In this document: positions 25,120 to 37,478 of the stretch, piece after piece | Position numbering within the stretch: the stretch's first letter is position 1 | Layout of the letters: the number at the start of each line of letters is the position of its first letter | The notes under the pieces: generated by a model | Seen by the model: only the letters and a program-made list of their open reading frames with translations | Told to the model about the DNA's origin: nothing | Database searches by the model: none | Translations under genes and position numbers: made by a program | Source of the DNA: Octopus sinensis | Taxonomy: Eukaryota | Direction of reading: 5' to 3' | DNA length: 64,000 nt | Assembly (NCBI RefSeq): GCF_006345805.1 | Contig: NC_043010.1 | Span: 41,664,001-41,728,000, forward strand

Positions 25120-25556
25120 CTGCAAAAAAATAGTTATATTAAAGATCAGAAGAAATAGCTTTTTTTCCTCTTTTTAGTTGAATATAAAGGTACTCAAAAA
25201 CTTAGTAACTGGTGAGAAAAGTAATTTAGCTGTCATTGAAGGCTAACGGATAAAAGTCTTCTAAAACACTTTAAGATAATTCTTTTCGTGGGAGAGTTCA
25301 ACATTAGTCTTCTAAATCATAACATTAATAAAAACAACTGCATTCAGAAACCTTGTACAGCTAAATTTATTCCTTCCGCATGTACTGCAGCATATTATTA
25401 GCATAAAGCAATTGTTGATATTGAATTATATTAGTGCAAGCATCAATAGATGGATTCCAAATAACCTTAAGCTATAGGAAATTGTAAAGTATTTAAAATA
25501 TACACAGCACTAAATTTACTTAATAGCATTTATTAAAATTACTACATAGTAAGTAT

Positions 25557-26480
25557 TAGGGGTACGGAAAAGTAATGTCACATTTCATGAAATGTGTTCA
25601 AAACAGCATAAAACAAAATAAATATATTTATTCATTCAAGTATAATCGCCATAGTTTGCAGTAACATTACGCCACCCCGGAACCAGTTTTCTGATAAGTT
25701 GGGAAAAAAATCAGGTTCTTTAGAAGAGAAAAATATTTGAAGTATTGTTTCGGCATCATGCATGCTTCTGAAAGCTTTTTCACTGTTAAAGTACCCTTGT
25801 GACCTGAATATCTTATCGTGCTTGGTCTGCTGAGCAGGAAGGGAGAGTTAGTTTCACAGTCTATTGAATTTATATTTTCTTGGATTATCTTTGCTGAAGG
25901 GGTTTTGCATTATCATATTGCTGGATGACTCCCTTTCTGTTATCTGAAGCTGGTTGATTTTTGAGCAAAACTTGTTAACAATTCAATTCCGCTTTTTAGC
26001 TTTTTAGCTTTTGTTCCAATAATTCTAAGTGAACAACATTTATTGCATACCACTAAACGCACAGCAAAATCTTCTTTGAGCATTGGAACTGGAATTTGTA
26101 TTTTGGTTTATTCTATCCATTTCCCATTGCTTGTTGCAATTCGATTAAGAAAAAAATGTTTGTTCATTCTTGACAAGCAATTTGTTGCAAATTGTTGAAC
26201 ACACTGCTTTATTCTCCGTTGACAGCTCATAAAGCTTCTACTTTCCTTTTCTATACACTTTCTCAATCTGCTTAACATGATGTTGCAAGGTTTATTACGC
26301 TTCCAGTATAAGCCCCCGATACTTTGACGCGGATCTTCTTCAATTACTATTTTCACCGTGTCGTTATTGAGAACAGTTGGTCTTCCTGATCGAATCGGCC
26401 CATCCAAAAGGTCGAAATAACTGTTTTTGAATTTATTAAACCACTATTGACATTTCTGAACACCATTAGGATATACTGTA
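25557..26480 (-). mobile_element. Decayed mariner-like transposon
   Basis: TIR-like ttaggggtacggaaaagtaat after TA; RSGRPTVLNND..EEDPRQS and RIAT..KWI fragments. Confidence 0.7.
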
Positions 26481-27219
26481 TGTATGTTTTTCCTTGAACG
26501 TGTTGCATTGTTGCCCTTAAAAAATTCATGAAGCATGCAATTCCGAATATTTAGCTTGCTAAATTAATTGTCTTCTATGGGCAATAAGATCCAGATTAAT
26601 GTTTGACCATTAACTCTATGCTGATTGGTTAATTGATTACAAGGACATCTTTTGTCGGCTTGCAAACTATTTGTGGTGTGATGTCAAACTATTTGCTTGC
26701 AGACACAGCATTACTTTTCGATACTCTTAATAGTAACTTTACTCTAAGTCAACGAAAACTAAGAACAGTAAATAACAGTTTGTATAACATGGATAAGAGA
26801 ATAGAACTGCAGTTCAAAAATTATCAAATTAAAAGAAAAATAATGTTCAAATTTTAAAGCAATGGCCGCACTTAAGTACTACAACATAACTACTGACTCT
26901 CTCAATTCACCTTTGTTTAAACACTGATGTCTTATTTAGGCAAAATATGAACTTTGAGCGAAGTAAACTCAAATTTAAAACATACATCATAATGATAATT
27001 ATTTCGCTAACCCCAAAGGAAAATTTGATTTCAGAACCCAGAGATAAGACTATAAAACGAACCTATACTAACACTATAAACTCACGTCCAACTAATTGTT
27101 CTATTGTTATTATTTAATAATTTAAAAGAATAGAAGTTTAAAGGCACAGTTTCAAGATTATAAACAACGTGGAGTGAACTTATTTTTACAGTATCAATGT
27201 TGCGCTTTCAAGATAAATA

Positions 27220-28270
27220 CAGGGGTTGGACAAAATAGAAACACCTTAAAATTTCAAACAAATTTATTTTAATATGGGATAGGACCACATTTGGTAGTAA
27301 TTACAGCTTGAATTCTGCGACGTATGGACTCATACAAAGTTTGAATTGGTTCCAAAGGAATTTTTGTCCATTCTTCAGCTAAAACAGTCTCCAGTTCTTG
27401 TAGTGGTGGTGGTGGAGGATATCGAATCCTTACTTGTTTTTCTAAAATGCACCATAAATGTTCAATAACATTGAGATCTGGGGACTGGGGTGGCCAGTTA
27501 AGATGTTCAACTTCACTAGAATGTTCCTTGTGCCATTCAGTAACAACTTTAGCTGTGTGAATTGGTGCATTATCATCTTGAAAGATTGCGTTTCCCTCCG
27601 GAAACAGTTCCGCAACTATAGGATGAATTTGATCAGATAAAATGCTTAGCCTTGACTATTAATTCTGCCATGAAGGGGAACCACTGGGCTAGCGGATTTC
27701 CAAGACATAGCCACCCCCAGATCATCACAGCTCCTCCTCCATGTTTAACAGTTGGAAGAAGGTAGTCTGGGTCAAATGCTTCTTTTGGCTGTCAACACAC
27801 GTGGTCGGGAATAAGTTAAAGGATGACTCGTCCGAGAAAATAATATTCTTCCACTGCTCTAGGGGCCAATTCTGTAGGTTTTTACTCCACTCTAAACGCT
27901 TTGCAACGTTTGTTTTTGAAAGCAGTGGTCTTCTGATTGTAGCCCTCCCGTGAAATCCGGCTTTGTGTAACTCCTGGCAAACAGTTTTTGTAGAAACTGG
28001 ATAATATTGGGTTCTGTACTTTTGTGATCCTCTCTAACAATTCGCATAAGAGTCCGACGGTCCCTATCTGAAAGTTTTGGTTTTCTTCCGGAGTTTTGTT
28101 TCGAAGAGGAGGTTTTTTCCCTCTTTCTCAAATGCTGTCATTACTTTCGAGACAGTACTTCATGATACACCAAACATTTTCGTTACGCTAGCGCCTGCCA
28201 TACGAGCACTAACAATTTGATCTCTTTGAAAGTTCGATAGATCTGTCATTTTAATGAATTTTAATTACCT
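27220..28270 (-). mobile_element. Tc1-like (DD34E) transposon, frameshifted, one TIR
   Basis: SGRKPKLSDRDRR, DESS, FQDDNAPIH, SPDLNVIEHLW; TA|caggggttggacaaaat at 27220. Confidence 0.92.
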
Positions 28271-30772
28271 TTTTCTTGTGATATCTGAAAAGAAACAGCA
28301 ATTTTAGCAAAACATATTGAGCAACACTAATAATAAATCAAAATGCATAAAAATAAACTGGTACCTATCTTATCGACCCCGAAAAGATGACAGGCAAAAT
28401 CGACCTCGGCAGTATTTAAAGACGGAATTTAAAACTCAGAATGTAGAGAGGGACGAAATACCGCTAAACATTTTGCCCGGTCCTCATTTGAAAATATTAA
28501 CAGAACAATTCAACCACTAACTTCCTTGCCCAAAATGTTTTAAACTAACTAAAATAGAAGACTTCTAGAAAATTACTTTACAGAAACATTTTTGTTATGT
28601 TATATTGGGAAATGTTTCAAAAATAGAACCTAAGCTTTAGAAAACAAAGATTCGTCTTCACAAAAGACGAATCTCTAAATTATGTTTTATTTCATGCCTT
28701 AGCTGCCTTAGTTTAGAACTGATATCAAAAGCGAGCAAAGTACAGTTGCTGTTGTCTATCTGATCTGCAACTTAACTTAATTATTCTTATTTATGAAACT
28801 GGTTGCATTACGTTGCAGAAGCTCACAGTAACATTTTGATTTCAAATTTTACTACTGGTATTTAAGGCACTATTTTGTGTAATGATTTTAAAGGGTTTCG
28901 TTATCATTTTTATCTGATGCAATGAACTACCAAATATTTAAAACCCGTTCTTAAGAAACACGTGAAATATCTCACTATGAACATAGAAACACTTTTCTAA
29001 AGTAACCTTTACTGTATTTGTAAAAAAACATTCACCTCAAGCCTCTGTAGTAGTTATAAACCGGACTATTTAATATTGGCTTATCAACAATTAATTGATA
29101 AGGCACGTATAATGTAAACATTAACATACTAAAACAAATAATAAATCAACAATAGTCTTATCGATCTATATGGGATTTTATGTCCATTTTTTGTTGTTGT
29201 TTTGCAGATAATGGTTCATTGGCATGAGGAAAGCAGAAAGTAATTGTAAGAGAACACGTGTGATTGCGTTTTCTTCAGTGTTTTAAAACGTCCACTCTAA
29301 CAATGACAAAATATGTTATTAATTGCTTAAAAATGAAAAAAATCTGGTTAATTCTTGGCTAACTTATGATATGAATGAAATGAAAAGGCTAACGTTTTTT
29401 TCTACCTTAAGTACAATTGAGTAATTTATTATTTAAGATGCATTTTTTAAATGGTACCCACGAACTGGCTTTCCCCGTTGTTTTTCAATTCCAGTTCACA
29501 GTTGGTCAATGTTAAAATGTACAACATTATATGATGCCATTAATATTTTTACTTTTTATTGGCATAGTGTACTTTGGATAATACTAAAGACAGTAAGGTG
29601 TAATCTGGAAGAGAGCTTTGGTTCTTATAGCCGATTATGTTGCGGCTCCAACGATGATTTGTCTGAAAGAAGATGCGTAACCAGACCAGGATATCGCCTC
29701 TTAAATAGAACTGAAATTGAGTTGTGTACTTAACATTACACAACTTTCTAAAGTGATTTCTACTTGAACTAATTTGTAACGAAATAAATACGAAAAGACA
29801 CCTATAAGACATGGAAAATACATGACGACACTCCTTTCACCTAAACCCCAGAAAAATTAAGAAATATCACAGTTCAAATTCTGTTATATTAATAACACAA
29901 TTTTGTTAGGTAACCGTGTGTTGGCGATTGTTAGTGTTCAGACTCATAATTCCTATTGAGTAGGCCGACAATTAAAGGTATTTCAGGTGTGGCTACCTCG
30001 TCTTTTTAAGGGCATCCGTTATTACATTATCCAATATATTTCGTAGGATACGATATAAAGGACATTTGGCCTGGTCCATAATCGTTATATTGAAGTGAAA
30101 TGCTAGTTCGTAGACATTATTAAAAAAAAATACTTTTATTGAATACTTTATTGAGTAAACCTTAGAATAAAACGCATTAGAACAGTTCAATCAGCTTTTA
30201 GGCGTGTATTTTATATTGAACTCTAAACTCTGCTATTATCTATTGTTGCACGACGCATGACGAGTAGACAGAGTAAATACATAATAATGAATAAAATCTC
30301 GAAATGTTATAGAAAACAAAGTATTATTTAAAGATAAATGGTACTTGTATCCAATAATCAACTGAAATAGTTAAAATATTTAAGCGCATTTACTAATTTT
30401 CTTTAAACTCAGTCGTTTAGAAAATACTTACATAGAATACAATTTAAGTAAAGTGATAAGACGAATTTACTGTGCAAAAACATATATTTCAAGGCATAGC
30501 AAATGTCATCAGTGCTCATAAAAACTACATTGCTTTAAGGAAAATGCTCCAAGCTACAGTAGATTTTCAAATGATTTAATAATCATGAGTGTAGAAATTT
30601 TGTCTGCAATTATACTTGAAAATACTCGATACTCCGTAGTCATAAAAAAATAAATAAAACTAAAATCTAAAATTTCTAGACCAATACAGTACTTTGATAT
30701 AAGTTTCATGAATAAAAGACGATTTATTGTATCATGTTAAATTGATGGAAAATATTGAGTTCATATACATAC

Positions 30773-30845
30773 CTTGAATGATTTCTAAAATTTCCGCTAT
30801 GCCTATTAAAATCAAGAGCAGGTTATTGCTGAAAAAGTATGCCAT
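30773..30845 (-). CDS. PAN-domain gene, exon 1: signal peptide MAYFFSNNLLLILIGIAEILEIIQ(G)
   Basis: ATG at 30845, hydrophobic core, phase-1 donor CAAG|gtatgt in frame with exon 2. Confidence 0.75.
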
Positions 30846-30944
30846 TGTTTGGAAGTTAACATTCACCGTCTTTGCTTTGTTAATATTGACTAGTATTCTC
30901 CTTATAGAAGTTTGTACTACTGAATATTATGGGAATATTGATAC

Positions 30945-31143
30945 TGTATACAGCTTGCTTTTATTTTCCAACGTGTGTTTATTTACCAGACTAGGTTAAT
31001 TGCGAATTTAATAAACCTCACATATTCTTTTTGATGAATGGCATGAAGCCCTCGCAGGAATCGGGTTTTGCCTAGGCAACAGCACATATCGTAAAACACT
31101 CAAATATTGAACAAGAATTTGAAATAAAGTTTCTTCTTGTTCC
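30945..31143 (-). pseudogene. Decayed PAN/Apple exon upstream of the ATG
   Basis: SIFECFTICAVA*AKPDSCEGFM-(frameshift)-HSSKRICEVY; TAG at 31074-31072, 2-nt loss near 31041. Confidence 0.6.
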
Positions 31144-32982
31144 ATATATATATATATGTATATATATTTATGTATATATATATGTATATATATATATATG
31201 GAACAATACGAACTAATATTTACCCTTCTTAGCCATATTATTCTATATATGTAGCAATGCAAATACACTGAATATGCTGGTATGTACGTGTGATTGTGTT
31301 TTAGTAGAGCTGTTTGAACAAGGTTGTGTACATTTGTTCTTTTGTAATAAATAGTCCAGTATGAATTTGTTTAAACAAAGATTCTTAAGACATTTTATGG
31401 ACTTCGCTATGTATTTTGTTGGTTGACTATGTTTTAGAGAGTACTTTCATCCAGTCAAATACGTAAAGCATTTCTGACACTAATACTTAGAAATTGGATT
31501 CTGTTTATTTTAGGATTTGAAAATTAAAACCGTTCTACTTCTCTTTAGTAGATTCTCTCAGATGCTTTCGTTTTTACTTTATATATCTTCTATTTCTTTA
31601 ATACTCGCTATGTCTAATGCAGAGTAAAGTGCTGGACAAAGTAAATTTCAGTAACTAATTTCCTGTTGAGCTACAGCCTTCACTCCTTTGTAACAATAAA
31701 CTGAATAGCAGAGATGAACTGCAACTGATTCAAAATTATACACCTATCCAAAGAAAATTCCTGGTCTAGTGTGAGAAATAGATATACACTCTGTTCTGAC
31801 GTTTAAAGTCAGAGAGTTGAAAAGAACAATTTTGTAGCGGACTAAATGCCACATATTTTAAATACTGAGTTCAAATCCTGCCTCAGTTGATTATATCTTT
31901 CATTAATTTGCCAGCAGCACTATACTATGGACATCAACGTATTCTATAGACAGTTAGAAAGTGCTCAGCGTTTGAGAACAAATGATACTTGTTCTTATTT
32001 CGGAGATGGGATAGGTCTAGCTTATATGTTTTAATGAACCTCAGGAGAAGAGCGGAAGAAAGTTAGGAAGAGTCGAGGAGATAGGAATGTGAACAAAATA
32101 CTATAGAATTTCTCCAAGGGTAATGTTCATTTCCTTAGTGCAGAGTCGAACAACCAAAGGCTTAAAGGTGATGATCTCCATAAGTTTTCCTGATATTTTG
32201 TCATGTTTCTGTTAATTCTTGAGAGAGTGAAAGAGAGAGAGAGAGAGAGAGAGTGGGGGAGAGAGGGGGAGAGAAAGAAAGAGAGAGACAGTAAGAAAAG
32301 AGAAAAATCTGATACTTCTCAACACTAAAACACAATTAAGTATTTCTATTGGGAAAACCAATCATAGCTTTGTTATTCTGGATAAACTCGATGGTCTTGT
32401 GGAAAGTGTCTAACCAGATTCAGGTGGCCCGAGTTAAAAAGATCTGCCATTATTGATTTTTCATTCGGTAAAGAGACTACAAATAAATTGCAGACAATCA
32501 GGAACTATCTCTGATTCTAATCGAGATCTAGCGTAGTGGGTCAGCTGTAGGTACTATGTATTTTTTCGGGTGGTGGGTCAAACTGAAGACGACTTAATGG
32601 AAATTATATTTGACGACACCATTTTAGGGATATTTGCTTATGCAGTTGTGTTAAGAAAAACTGAATTCACAACCCATTGTTATTTAGAAGTTTTTCTTCT
32701 TACTAGATCAAGTGGAAAGCTTTTCAACCTCTCCAAATATCAAAATTCAGTAATGACATTCAAGGTAGGTCTTTACTGAAAATGCTAGTCAAATATACCA
32801 GAGCTCTCTACCTTTCCCAGCGTCTTAAGCCAGGTGTGCAAAGATTTCGATCTGAGCATCAGCCTTGGAAATATGCAGGTGAATCTAAATAAAGACGAAA
32901 CTTCCTTAGAACCCTTTATCCCAATCCGGATCGTTGCTACCCCTGAAAACTTGTTTGTCAACACGCGCAAAGAAACATAGCC

Positions 32983-33100
32983 TTCTTCTTCTTCTTCTTC
33001 TTCTTCTTCTTCTTCTTCTTCTTCTTCTTCTTTTTCTTTTCTTCTTCTTCTTCTTCTTCTTCTTCTTCTTCTTCTTCTTCTTCTTCTTCTTCTTCTTCTT
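32983..33100. repeat. (CTT)n microsatellite
   Basis: Direct reading. Confidence 0.95.
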
Positions 33101-33104
33101 CCCT

Positions 33105-33400
33105 TCCTCCTCTAAGATTGATGTTGCAATACCAGGCTATTCGAAGATGAAATGTAAGGAAACAGAAAAGAGTGAGAAATACCAGCCACTGCGGGACGAG
33201 ATAGGAAAGTTATGGGGCATAAGGAAAGTAATAGTGATACCGGTGGTAAGTGGAGCATTAGGAGCAGTTTCCAAGAGCTTTGAAAAGCATATTAAGAATA
33301 TTGGAGCTGCTGTCAGACTCGAGATGATCTAGGAGACAGCATTGTTGGGTACGGCTCGCATTCTAGGAAGAGTATTGTCTCTGAGTCACAAGAGAAGGCA
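33105..33400 (+). mobile_element. R4/Dong-like LINE RLE C-terminus
   Basis: IDVAIPG..EKSEKYQPLRDEIGKLW..IPVVSGALGAV..ALLGTARIL. Confidence 0.9.
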
Positions 33401-33527
33401 CTACTTGAAACCTTTGATGGTTTGTTATTGCCTGCTTTCAAGTAAAGAACAATCGCAAATAGAACAGCGAGAATCAAAACAACAACAACAACAACCACAA
33501 CAGCAATAATAATATTTTAAAAGGTTT

Positions 33528-34109
33528 GACGTAATTCTTCACAATGGTAAACAGACAAGACGAAGAGTGCTATACGATTGCAATAAATATTTTATTGGTT
33601 GATATTTCGACAGCAATCTTATCTTTGTCGAGTTCTAAATAAGAAGTGATAAAAATTCAAAATTATAGAAATTCAAATTTAAAGTATGAACGAGAGCAAC
33701 CAGCGCCCACACGCTGAATGAATGACATCATCAGTCTTTAAGTTTTTTAACTGATAGAAATGTCGATTTCTCAATTTCTGATTCGTGTTTCAATGGTCCA
33801 AAATTCATTGACCCTGGATTGGTCTCAACACTGGCGTCTAGCGAAACTAATAGGGCTGACAAGCCAACTGTAAGAAGGAATAGAATGCAGTAGCTGTAAT
33901 TTACATTACGACTTTTTCTTAGACACCCGGCTGCTTTGGTAACTTCCAAAATTTCTATATGTTCTAATTTTTGTTCTGTGTACCATAAAATTTATCACTT
34001 CAATCTACTTGATTTTGATATTTCAAAACGATAGACGTAACTCTTCACAAAGGCAAACAGAGAAGACGAAGAGCGCGATGCGATTGCAATGGATATTTTA
34101 TTGGTCGAA
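33528..34109 (-). mobile_element. Old direct-repeat-bounded element containing a 2A-like ORF
   Basis: ~76-bp diverged repeats at 33528-33603 and 34034-34109; ORF ..LLVSLDASVETNPGS. Confidence 0.4.
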
Positions 34110-34110
34110 A

Positions 34111-34208
<98 letters not shown>

Positions 34209-34225
34209 TAATAATAATAATAATG

Positions 34226-34256
<31 letters not shown>

Positions 34257-34270
34257 TAATAATAATAATG

Positions 34271-34313
<43 letters not shown>

Positions 34314-34335
34314 TAATAATAATTATAATAATAAA
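34110..34335. repeat. (GAT)n(AAT)n microsatellite
   Basis: Direct reading. Confidence 0.95.
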
Positions 34336-34932
34336 TGCCCTGATACAGTACCAGGCAATGGCTCTCGTGGCTTCTGATCTTTACTGATTTGAAGTGTTAT
34401 CATGTACATTATTTTGTCTTGGTATAAAAGATGAGCTACAGCAAATATTCTGCTCGAAACCACAGATTTGCTGTCAGTTGTTTGACCATAACCGGTTGAG
34501 CATGTCCCTTAGTTGCTGACGAAATGTGCATCTCTGATCACGAGCAGAAGTAGTGGGGGAACATCATAGCCATGTGTTGAAAGGGATTCTTTGGGGTGTG
34601 ACTAATTCACCTCTGGAAACATGGGTGTTCCGTTCAACATCCTTAAACAACCCTTATTCAGGGACCTTTTGAGCGGGATGGGTTACTCGACCAGAAGAAA
34701 ATTCTAACTGGCCCCCACCTGCAAGGTCATGTGCTGTTTATCTTGATATGAAATCACCATGTCGCGCGCATATGGTTGTGATGCATGTGCCTAGTGTACC
34801 CTTATCAGACGGGTAGTCATGATGGGTATACTGGACTTCATATATTTTATCCTAGTGTCACTTTGATGGCATTCACTGCTCTCCTACTCAATAATGATGA
34901 TGACGATGATGATGATGATAATAATAATAATA

Positions 34933-34976
<44 letters not shown>

Positions 34977-35009
34977 TACTTTCTTGGCACAGGAAGAAAT
35001 ACTACTAAG

Positions 35010-36305
35010 GGAACATAAAGGATGTAGGAAGAGTTGTAAGAGTATCAAGGATCACTTGGTCATCGATAAAACAGTTTTGAGTCATTGAAAAAACATCATA
35101 CAAACATGTCTGTGGCTTGGATTGACTTTAAGAAGGCATATGATATGATACTTCATTCTTGAATCGTTGAATGCTTGCAGATGTTTGGTGTTACTGACAA
35201 CACCACAAATTTTCTAATGCATAGCATGGAAGAGTGGAAAACCAAATTGTACTCAAGTAACGTATTTCTTGGAGAAGTTAATATTAAAAGAGGAATCTTC
35301 CAAGGTGACTCGTTTTCTCCCTTACTATTTGTAATTGCACGAATACCCAGAACAATGACACTTGAGAAAGAAATGCCCATCATTGAACCATCTTTTGTTT
35401 ATGGATGACCTGAAATTGTTTGGGAATGTGAAAATAGATAGATTCCTTAACCAAAACAGTCCAGAAGTGTGGTAGGGATATTGGTATGGAATTTGGGATT
35501 ACTAAATGTTCAGTGCTTAATAAGAAAAGAGGAAAGAAAGAATCCTGCAGGGGATTGCGGTTACCATCTGTAGAGTCCATGGGTGAACCCGACGGTAGTG
35601 TGTATAGATATCTAGGGATTTTGGAGCTGGATGACATTCTACACAGATAAGTGAAAGTGAAGGCCAGTGAGGCATATCAAAAAACGATGAAGATGGTGTT
35701 GAAATCCAACCTGAATGCCAAAAATTTGGTTACGACAATGAATATCTGGGCAGTTGCCGTGGTCAGATATAGTGCGTCCATTCTCAAATGGACTAAGGAG
35801 GAAATATCAACACTGGATAGAAGGACGAGAAAGTTGATGACGCTGCATGGGGCGCTACACCCTAAAGCAAACGTAAACAGATTGTATATGAAAAGAAATA
35901 ATGGTGGCAGAGGACTAATTAGTCTAGAACATTGGATAAGGAGTGAAAGGAGAACGCTTACCGAGTATTTGATTTAATAGTGATGAAGACCTGCTGAAAT
36001 ACGCTGCGCAAGATATGGGTGTAAATGCAGATGAAATGGTGGGCAAGGAAGAGTTTAATCAAAGAGCTGAGAAGAGAAAAGAAGACCTTGAAATGAGAAT
36101 GCATAGACAGTTTGAAAGGAATACATAGGACGTTAAGCATCGTGGGCATGGCTTGAGCGAGGTGATTTGAAGCGTACCACCGAAAGCCTGATCATTGCTG
36201 CACAAGACCAGGCTCTCGCTACCATTTCAGTGAAGTATAATATCTGTAAAACTTCCGACACCCAGAAATGCAGACACTGTGGAAAGAGCGTGGAAAATGT
36301 GACAG
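35010..36305 (+). mobile_element. R4/Dong-like LINE RT region, decayed
   Basis: WIDFKKAYD, KRGIFQGDSFSPLLF, FMDDLKLF, YLGILE, GGRGL, ESLIIAAQDQAL, CRHC. Confidence 0.92.
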
Positions 36306-37115
36306 GGAAGATGTGCGAAGTGGAGGGACTGGATTGGGGTCGCCGGAAGGCTCGGAGAATGGTGCGTTGGATGAGTAGGATGGAAGAGTGGTAGGTAAGG
36401 GGAAACGGAGACGGGTAAGGGTGGGGCAGGTACGAGGAGACAGCGCAGATCGTGCCCGGGAAAGAGTAGTGTGGATAATGGTGAGGCAATATCTATGTAG
36501 GATGAAGTGGCCAGCCATGAGTTGATATTGAGTCTCAAATCCATAGTTGTCGCTGCAGAGCCTGCGTACATGGGGGAATTGGGAGTAGGGGATGGAGAGC
36601 TTGATGTGGGTAGGGTGGGAGGAAGAGAAGTTAAAGTAGGAGTGTGAGTCAGTGCAGTTGAAGTGGATGAAGGTGGTGAGAGCGGAGCGGTGTATGCTGA
36701 CAGAAATGTTGAAAATGTTGAAAAAGGCGGCGAGCTGGCAGAAACGTTAGCACGCCAGACGAAATGCTTAGCGGTATTTCGTCTGCCGTTACGTTCTGAG
36801 TTCAAATTCACCGAGTCGACTTTACCTTTCATCCTTTCGGGGTCGATAAATTAAATACCAGTTACGCACTGGGGTCGATGTAATCGACTTAATCCGTTTG
36901 CCTGTCCTTGTTTTCCCCCTCTATGTTTAGCCCCTTGTGGGCAATAAAGAAATAAGAAATGTTGAAAATTTCAACGGAAGCGTTAGAGATCGTGCAGGAG
37001 CATTCGAGGGCAGGATGGAAGGATTGAACAAAAGAGAGGAAGGAGTCCAGATTTTTGCGGGAGAGTGAGGTCGCGCCGATATAGCCATCGATATAACGAC
37101 CCTATAGCTCGGGAG
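36306..37115 (-). mobile_element. Penelope-like RT fragment, decayed, with nested SINE A (36725-36955)
   Basis: Minus-strand PMYAG / SYIDI-like motifs; SINE flanked by aaatgttgaaa duplication. Confidence 0.5.
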
Positions 37116-37299
37116 TGGGACCAGTGAATTGTATGTATGTATACATGTATGTTTATTCATTAAGAATTAGTATTAACTTAAAATAACCATCTGTGAATCA
37201 TACTTGATACAAAGGCATCATTGACAAACAACAGCTCTTATGGACTTGTTGTGTTTAAAACATTACATATTGATGGGGGAGACAAATATCATCCCAGTA

Positions 37300-37478
37300 G
37301 CGACCAATGAGAACGTCAGATGCATTTCGGTCAATGGAGACTTATCAACGACATGTAGTCACAAGCAGCAACATGCCTAGGCACGATTTGTCACCGCCAA
37401 CATACAGGCAAGAGTGAATTCAATATTCGCTGGTATTACGAATAACCGCCCGGTGGAATAGAAATACGTTAGGTATGT
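37300..37478 (+). promoter_or_regulatory. Candidate promoter and non-coding first exon
   Basis: GACCAATGAG at 37302-37311, about 20 CpG in 340 bp, donor TAG|gtatgt at 37473. Confidence 0.3.

Noticed and set aside
29500-29715. Possible extra minus-strand exon after acceptor caatttcag (LFKRRYPG..)
   Set aside because: The phase-1 frame has several stops, no PAN cysteines and no good donor
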